A DNA stretch of 64,000 bases, from positions 6,096-70,095 of the forward strand of contig CAVYTE010000017.1 of NCBI GenBank assembly GCA_963771385.1, written 5' to 3'. Positions within the stretch are counted from its first letter, which is position 1; each line of letters begins with the position of its first letter. This DNA comes from an uncultured Actinomycetes bacterium (GTDB taxonomy: Bacteria > Actinomycetota > UBA4738 > HRBIN12). Below the pieces are notes generated by a model. That model did no database searches. It had not been told where the DNA came from and saw nothing but the letters and a program-made list of their open reading frames with translations. Positions 57,526 to 64,000 of the stretch are shown here, piece by piece. A program made the position numbers and the translations under genes.

Positions 57526-58029
57526 ATGCGAGGTGTGATCGTGGGCAAGCATGTCACGCGTGACCTGGGGAGAGCCCTCCGGCAAGCACGCGAGGAGCGC
57601 GGGCTCAGCCTCCGAGAGGCGAGCCGGCGATCGCAGGGCAGGTTCACCCCCTCCGGGATCGCCGGGTACGAGCGCGGAGAGCGCCGGATCTCGGTCGAAC
57701 GCATGTGCGCGCTGGCGGAGGTCTACGGGGTCCGTCCGGAACGGCTGCTCGCGGCCGGCCTCCACCCGGCCGGAGCGGCGCCGGTCGAGGTCGATCTGTC
57801 CTCGCTGGAGCGGCTCCCGCCCGAGCTCCGGACCCTCCTCGCCGGCTACATCGAAGAAGTGCTCACGATGCGCGGACCCGCGGACCCGGACCGGATCTCG
57901 TTGCGGTCGGGTGATCTGGAGATCCTGGCGGGATCGGCGAGCGGCTCGGTCGCGGACCTCTACCGCCGGATGCGCGATGCGCTCGCCGACAACGACGGGG
58001 AAACAGAACCGCAGCCGGCCTCTTCCTGA
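57526..58029 (+). CDS. XRE-family helix-turn-helix transcriptional regulator
   Basis: Contains 'LGRALRQAREERGLSLREASRRSQGRFTPSGIAGYERGERRISVERMCALAEVYGV'. Confidence 0.7.
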   Translation: MRGVIVGKHVTRDLGRALRQAREERGLSLREASRRSQGRFTPSGIAGYERGERRISVERMCALAEVYGVRPERLLAAGLHPAGAAPVEVDLSSLERLPPELRTLLAGYIEEVLTMRGPADPDRISLRSGDLEILAGSASGSVADLYRRMRDALADNDGETEPQPASS

Positions 58030-58034
58030 CGGCG

Positions 58035-58970
58035 TCAGGCGGCAGTTCGGCGGAACCACTGCACGGTCCGCTCGAGCCCTCGTTCGATGTCGAACGCGGG
58101 CTCATAGCCGATCAGTCGTCTCGCGAGCGAGACGTCGGCCTCCGTCTTGCGAACGTCGCCCGCGCGGGGTTCGACGTGGACCGGTTCGGGCCGGGCGTCC
58201 GTGAGCCGCGCGACGATCGCCAGCATCTGATTGATCGAGGTCGGCTCCAGCCCACCGCCGACGTTCAGCACCGTCCCGCGGGCGTCCTCGGGGGCTCGCC
58301 CCGCCAGCAGGTTCGCCTCGACGACGTCGTCGATGAACGTGAAGTCCCTCGACTGCTCCCCGTCACCGTGGATCTCGGGCGCGGTACCCGCGAGACACGC
58401 GAGCGTGAACAGCGGGATCACCGCCGCGTACGCGTTCGCGGGATCCTGGCCGGGACCGTAGACGTTGAAGTAGCGGAGCGCGACGGTCGGCACCCCGTAC
58501 GAGGACCACCACGACCGGCAGAACCCCTCGCCCGCCAGCTTGCTCGCCGCGTACGGGGATCGAGGCAACGGGGACATCGATTCCTGCAGCGGGAACGTGT
58601 CGCGGTCGCCGTAGACCGACGACGACGACGCGAAGACGACCGTCGCCGGCCCCTCGCGCGCCGCGAGGAGCACGTTCAGCGTCCCCCGGACGTTGACGTC
58701 GGTCGTCTTCTCGGGCTCCACGATCGAGCGCGGGACCGATCGCATGGCCCCCTGATGGAAGACGACCGCACACCCCCGCACCGAGTCCCCCACCGTGCGT
58801 TCGTCGCGAAGGTCGCCCTCCACGAACCGCACCTCGGGTACGTCCGCCAGGTTCTCGAGCTTGCCGTCGGACAGGTCGTCGAGCCCGACCACCTCGTGGC
58901 CGTCGGCGACCAGCCGGCGACACAGGTGTGAGCCGATGAACCCCGCGGCACCGGTGACGAGAGCTCGCAC
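58035..58970 (-). CDS. NAD-dependent nucleotide-sugar epimerase/dehydratase (SDR family)
   Basis: 311 aa from GTG 58970 with 'ALVTGAAGFIGSHL', 'SSSSVYG', 'PYAASKLAGE' and 'RYFNVYGPGQ'. Confidence 0.8.
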   Translation of the reverse strand: MRALVTGAAGFIGSHLCRRLVADGHEVVGLDDLSDGKLENLADVPEVRFVEGDLRDERTVGDSVRGCAVVFHQGAMRSVPRSIVEPEKTTDVNVRGTLNVLLAAREGPATVVFASSSSVYGDRDTFPLQESMSPLPRSPYAASKLAGEGFCRSWWSSYGVPTVALRYFNVYGPGQDPANAYAAVIPLFTLACLAGTAPEIHGDGEQSRDFTFIDDVVEANLLAGRAPEDARGTVLNVGGGLEPTSINQMLAIVARLTDARPEPVHVEPRAGDVRKTEADVSLARRLIGYEPAFDIERGLERTVQWFRRTAA

Positions 58971-58978
58971 GCGTCGGC

Positions 58979-60992
<2,014 letters not shown>

Positions 60993-61008
60993 GCCTTCCC
61001 TCCTTGCG

Positions 61009-61035
61009 TTAGCACTCGGGTCTGATGAGTGCTAA
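61009..61035 (-). promoter_or_regulatory. CIRCE operator (HrcA binding site) in the groES leader
   Basis: TTAGCACTC-N9-GAGTGCTAA is a perfect match to the CIRCE consensus, 17 nt upstream of the groES ATG. Confidence 0.95.
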
Positions 61036-61036
61036 C

Positions 61037-61065
61037 AGGATATCGGCGAGAGTGCCAGGGGTCAA
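61037..61065 (-). promoter_or_regulatory. sigma-70-type promoter of groES-groEL
   Basis: On the minus strand, TTGACC (61060..61065) is followed by a 17-nt spacer and TATCCT (61037..61042), immediately upstream of CIRCE. Confidence 0.6.
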
Positions 61066-61122
61066 ACGTCGGCTTTCAGCCCGGGCGCGACCGCTCGCAC
61101 CATCGGCGGGCCGCCCGCAGCC

Positions 61123-62061
61123 CTACATCCCCCGCATGAAGGCGATCGTCTCGCGCAGACCGTCCTCGAGATGGGTCCATGGCCGCCACCCGAGGACGCT
61201 CGATGCGAGCTCGGGGTCGAGGGCACTCCGACGCAGATCCCCCGCCCGTGGGGGCCCGTGGGCCGGTTGCCCGGTGAACCCCGCATGCTCCGCGAGCATC
61301 CGGTACAGCCCGTTCACCGAGGTCTCGAGGCCGGTACCGACGTTCACCAGACGGCCGTCCCCGACGCCCGCGGCGAGCGCGAACGCATGCACGGTGTCAT
61401 CCACGAACACGTAGTCGCGGGTCTGGTCCCCATCTCCGAAGATCGTCGGCGCCTCGCCCGCCAGCATCTTCGAGGTGAAGATCGCGATCACGCCCGCCTC
61501 GCCGTTCGGGTCCTGGCGTGGCCCGTACACGTTCGCGAGCGCGAGCGCCGTGTAGGGGAGCCCGCGGAACGTCTCGTAGAACGCGAGGTAGTCGAGGGCC
61601 ACCTTCTTCGTGATCCCGTAGGGAGAGGAGGGCCGCCCCGACGCCGTCTCCTTCACGGGCAAGCGGCGTGGCTCGCCGTACAGGGTGCCTCCGGACGCGG
61701 CGAACACGACCTTGCGGACCCCGGTCCTCGCGCAGCACTCGAGGATGTTCAGCAGGCCCATGACGTTCACCTGCGCGTCGCGGATCGGCGCCTCCACCGA
61801 CGTCGAGACGCTCGCCTGCGCGGCCAGGTGCATCACGACCTCGGGACGATGACGCTCGAACAGCGACAGCAGGCCCTCGGCGCCGATGTCCATGTTGAAG
61901 AAGGTGAACTCCGCGCCGTAGCCGCGCGCCTCGGACAGGTTCGCGATCCGGCCGGTGGACAGGTCGTCGACGGCCACCACGCGATGGCCCTCGGCCAGCA
62001 GGCGATCGCACAGGTGCGAACCGATGAACCCCGCCCCGCCGGTGACCAGCGTCGTCGTCAT
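61123..62061 (-). CDS. NAD-dependent nucleotide-sugar epimerase (GalE-like SDR)
   Basis: 312 aa at the tail of ORF 61123..63012: 'TLVTGGAGFIGSHL', 'ASGGTLYG', 'PYGITKKVALDY' and 'ALANVYGPRQ'. Confidence 0.8.
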   Translation of the reverse strand: MTTTLVTGGAGFIGSHLCDRLLAEGHRVVAVDDLSTGRIANLSEARGYGAEFTFFNMDIGAEGLLSLFERHRPEVVMHLAAQASVSTSVEAPIRDAQVNVMGLLNILECCARTGVRKVVFAASGGTLYGEPRRLPVKETASGRPSSPYGITKKVALDYLAFYETFRGLPYTALALANVYGPRQDPNGEAGVIAIFTSKMLAGEAPTIFGDGDQTRDYVFVDDTVHAFALAAGVGDGRLVNVGTGLETSVNGLYRMLAEHAGFTGQPAHGPPRAGDLRRSALDPELASSVLGWRPWTHLEDGLRETIAFMRGM

Positions 62062-63061
62062 GCGAGCACCATCGACGGGTCGGCTCCGACGCCGAGCGAG
62101 GTCCGCTCGCCCGCGGGCCAGGCGGGAGGCGCCGGCGATCGCGATCATCGCGCCATTGTCGGTGCAGAGATCGATCGATGGGAACAGGACCCGGATCCCG
62201 GCCCGCTCGCCGGCGTCCAGCATCCGCTCTCGGAGCCGCGTGTTCGCGACGACGCCGCCGCCCAGCAGGACCGTCTGCACGCGACACTCCGTCGCCGCGG
62301 TCATCGTCTTGGAGACCTGCACGTCCACGATCGCCTCCTGGAACGACGCCGCGAGGTCGGCGGGGTCGATCTCCCGCCCCGCGGCGCGCTCGTTCTTCAC
62401 GTGCCGAAGGACCGCGGTCTTCAGTCCCGAGAGCGAGAAGTCCAGATCTCCGGACGACGCCATCGAGCGCGGGAACGCGATCGCGGCGGGGTCGCCGGTC
62501 CGGGCGAGGGCGTCGAGCGCCGGCCCGCCCGGGAACCCGAGCCCGAGGAACCGCGCGATCTTGTCGAAGGCCTCGCCCGCGGCGTCGTCCACGGTCTGGC
62601 CCAGGAGCTCGTAGCGATGCCACGCCGGCATGTGCACGAGCATCGTGTGCCCGCCGGAGACCACCAGGCAGACCGCAGGCGGCAGGTTGGAGCCATGCTC
62701 GATCGTGTTCGCGGCGATGTGGCCCTCGAGATGGTTCACACCGACGAACGGCGCCCCCGTCGACAGGGCGATCGCCTTCGCCGCGGCCACCCCGACGAGC
62801 AGCGCCCCGATCAGCCCCGGGCCGACGGTGACCGAGACCCCGTCCAGGTCGTCGAAACCGCACGCAGCGATCCGCAGCGCCTCGTCGAGCAGCGGCGTGA
62901 GCGCCTCCACGTGCGCCCGGCTCGCGAGCTCGGGGACCACGCCTCCGAACCGCTCGTGGAGATCGACCTGGCTCGCGATCAGGTTCGACAGGACGCGGCC
63001 GTCCTCCACCACCGCGACGCCGGTCTCGTCGCAGGACGTCTCGATGCCCGAGGACCTTCAC
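62058..63061 (-). CDS. tsaD: tRNA N6-adenosine threonylcarbamoyltransferase TsaD; two frame breaks (assembly errors likely)
   Basis: ORF 61123..63012 N-terminal half contains 'VPELASRAHVE', 'GPGLIGALLVG', 'GVNHLEGH' and 'VSGGHT'. The true N-terminus 'MKVLG|IETSCDETGVAVVEDG' needs 1 nt removed at the run 63047..63049. The true C-terminus 'GERTSLGVGADPSMVLA*' (stop 62058..62060, ATGA overlap with the next gene) needs 1 nt removed at 62110..62112. Confidence 0.9.
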
Positions 63062-63110
63062 GGTGCGAAGGTGGTCACGCCGGATCTCACCCCCGCGTGG
63101 CCTCGCGCGC

Positions 63111-63668
63111 TCACACGTCCTCCGGGCGGATCCCCTCGGGGAGCTCGTCCATCAGCGCCCGGATGCGTTCGCGGAACCCGACCACCTGGATGCCGTCGAG
63201 CCACATGATGAGCGCGTCCTCGCCGATCTCCTGGTAGTAGTTCTTCCGGACGCCGACCGGGTGGAACCCGAACCGTCCGTAGAGGCGCTGCGCTCCCCAG
63301 TTGGTCACCCGCACCTCGAGCGAGACCGCGTCGGCCCCCATCTGGATCGCCGCGAGGATCAAGTCGTTCAGCAGTCGCATGCCGATCTTGCGTCGCTGCA
63401 GGTCGGGGTCGACGGCCACGTTCGTGATGTGGGCCTCCTCCCCGTAGCAGATGAGCCCGCCGTACCCGACCACCTGCCGGTCGATGCGGGCGACGAGGTA
63501 GCAGCGGTTCCGCGACTCCGCCATCTCGGAGATGAACAGGTTGGGGCTCCACGGACGTGGGTAGACCTGCCGTTCGATCGCCATCACGCCACGGAGGTGG
63601 CGCCGGCGCATCCGGGTCACCTCAAGCCGAGGCGCCTCGGGCTCGCTGATCCCAAGCGATCTCCGCAT
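63111..63668 (-). CDS. rimI: Ribosomal-protein-alanine N-acetyltransferase RimI (GNAT)
   Basis: Contains 'VMAIERQVYPRPWS' and 'ITNVAVDPDLQRRKIGMRLL', and lies between tsaB and tsaD. The start is probably internal to the ORF. Confidence 0.8.
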   Translation of the reverse strand: MRRSLGISEPEAPRLEVTRMRRRHLRGVMAIERQVYPRPWSPNLFISEMAESRNRCYLVARIDRQVVGYGGLICYGEEAHITNVAVDPDLQRRKIGMRLLNDLILAAIQMGADAVSLEVRVTNWGAQRLYGRFGFHPVGVRKNYYQEIGEDALIMWLDGIQVVGFRERIRALMDELPEGIRPEDV

Positions 63669-64000
63669 CCGTCTTCCTCAGGTATAGGGGCGCGACGTCC
63701 ACCAGCCGGTCGGTGTCCTCGCGGATGAACCTCGGAGCCGCGAGGCTCACCAGCGCCGACGCCCACGGATGGGCGAACGACGCCGGCGCGAACTCGAGAC
63801 GCGCGCCCGCCCGCTCGAGCTCGTTGCGGTACAGGATGGCACCGTTGCCGACGAGCAGCATCTCCTCCGGCACGGCCTCCAGCTCGGCGGCCAGGGTCTC
63901 GGGGGAGCCGACGCGAGAGCCGCCCTGGCGCGGAGCACCCCGCCGGGCGCCGGCCGGTAGAAGGCGAAGAACACCTCTCCGCGGCGGGCATCGAGGACGG
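63622..64000 (-). CDS. tsaB: tRNA threonylcarbamoyladenosine biosynthesis protein TsaB, C-terminal part (5' end beyond window); one frame break
   Basis: ORF 63622..63873 reads 'LLVGNGAILYRNELERAGARLEFAPASFAHPWASALVSLA..APLYLRKTDAEI'. The upstream part 'EVFFAFYRPAPGG' lies in another frame (~63925). The synteny with rimI and tsaD supports the call. Confidence 0.7.
   Translation of the reverse strand, partial: RPRCPPRRGVLRLLPAGARRGAPRQGGSRVGSPETLAAELEAVPEEMLLVGNGAILYRNELERAGARLEFAPASFAHPWASALVSLAAPRFIREDTDRLVDVAPLYLRKTDAEIAWDQRARGASA

Overview
64 kb, high-GC (about 70% by eye) and almost entirely coding. Gene content and order (F420-type LLM oxidoreductase; tsaB-rimI-tsaD ... groES-groEL with a perfect CIRCE operator) point to an Actinomycetota-like chromosome. 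Nt ~1-49.6k form one large cell-surface polysaccharide (EPS/capsule/O-antigen-type) locus built from long, translationally coupled operons. It encodes a Wzx flippase, a Wzy-like polymerase, a WecA-like priming transferase, one GT2 and four GT-B glycosyltransferases, a DegT aminotransferase, a CapD dehydratase, a UDP-sugar dehydrogenase, deacetylases, GNATs and a BY-kinase co-polymerase. Three unusual modules are embedded in it. (i) At 2.6-15.1k, two pairs of paralogous alpha/beta-fold proteins (Cys or Arg at the nucleophile position) flank a secreted sulfatase; one pair is co-operonic with a flavin-dependent-halogenase-like enzyme, a DAHP synthase, a degenerate-DAHPS::chorismate-lyase fusion and an aryl-acid AMP-ligase, with an ACP encoded convergently at the 3' end. 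(ii) At 42.0-45.2k there is a stand-alone adenylation enzyme + acyl-CoA-dehydrogenase-like flavoprotein + ACP trio. (iii) A split 'HPr-rel-A'-like set consists of PqqD + PF14907-like nucleotidyltransferase (37.2-38.7k) and PqqD + Tat-signal Cys-rich small protein + two HprK-like kinases (49.7-52.6k), followed by four LuxR/NarL-type regulators (a fifth lies at 47.1k) and a GAF histidine kinase. Module (iii), possibly acting with (i)/(ii), is my best candidate for an undescribed system. I recognised no rRNA, tRNA, CRISPR, transposase or integrase. Strong caveat: about 25-30 single-nucleotide frame breaks, including in essential tsaD, indicate indel errors in the assembly. Many CDS below are therefore reconstructed across frames, and their coordinates (especially starts) are approximate. 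All family assignments come from motif recognition by eye, not from searches.
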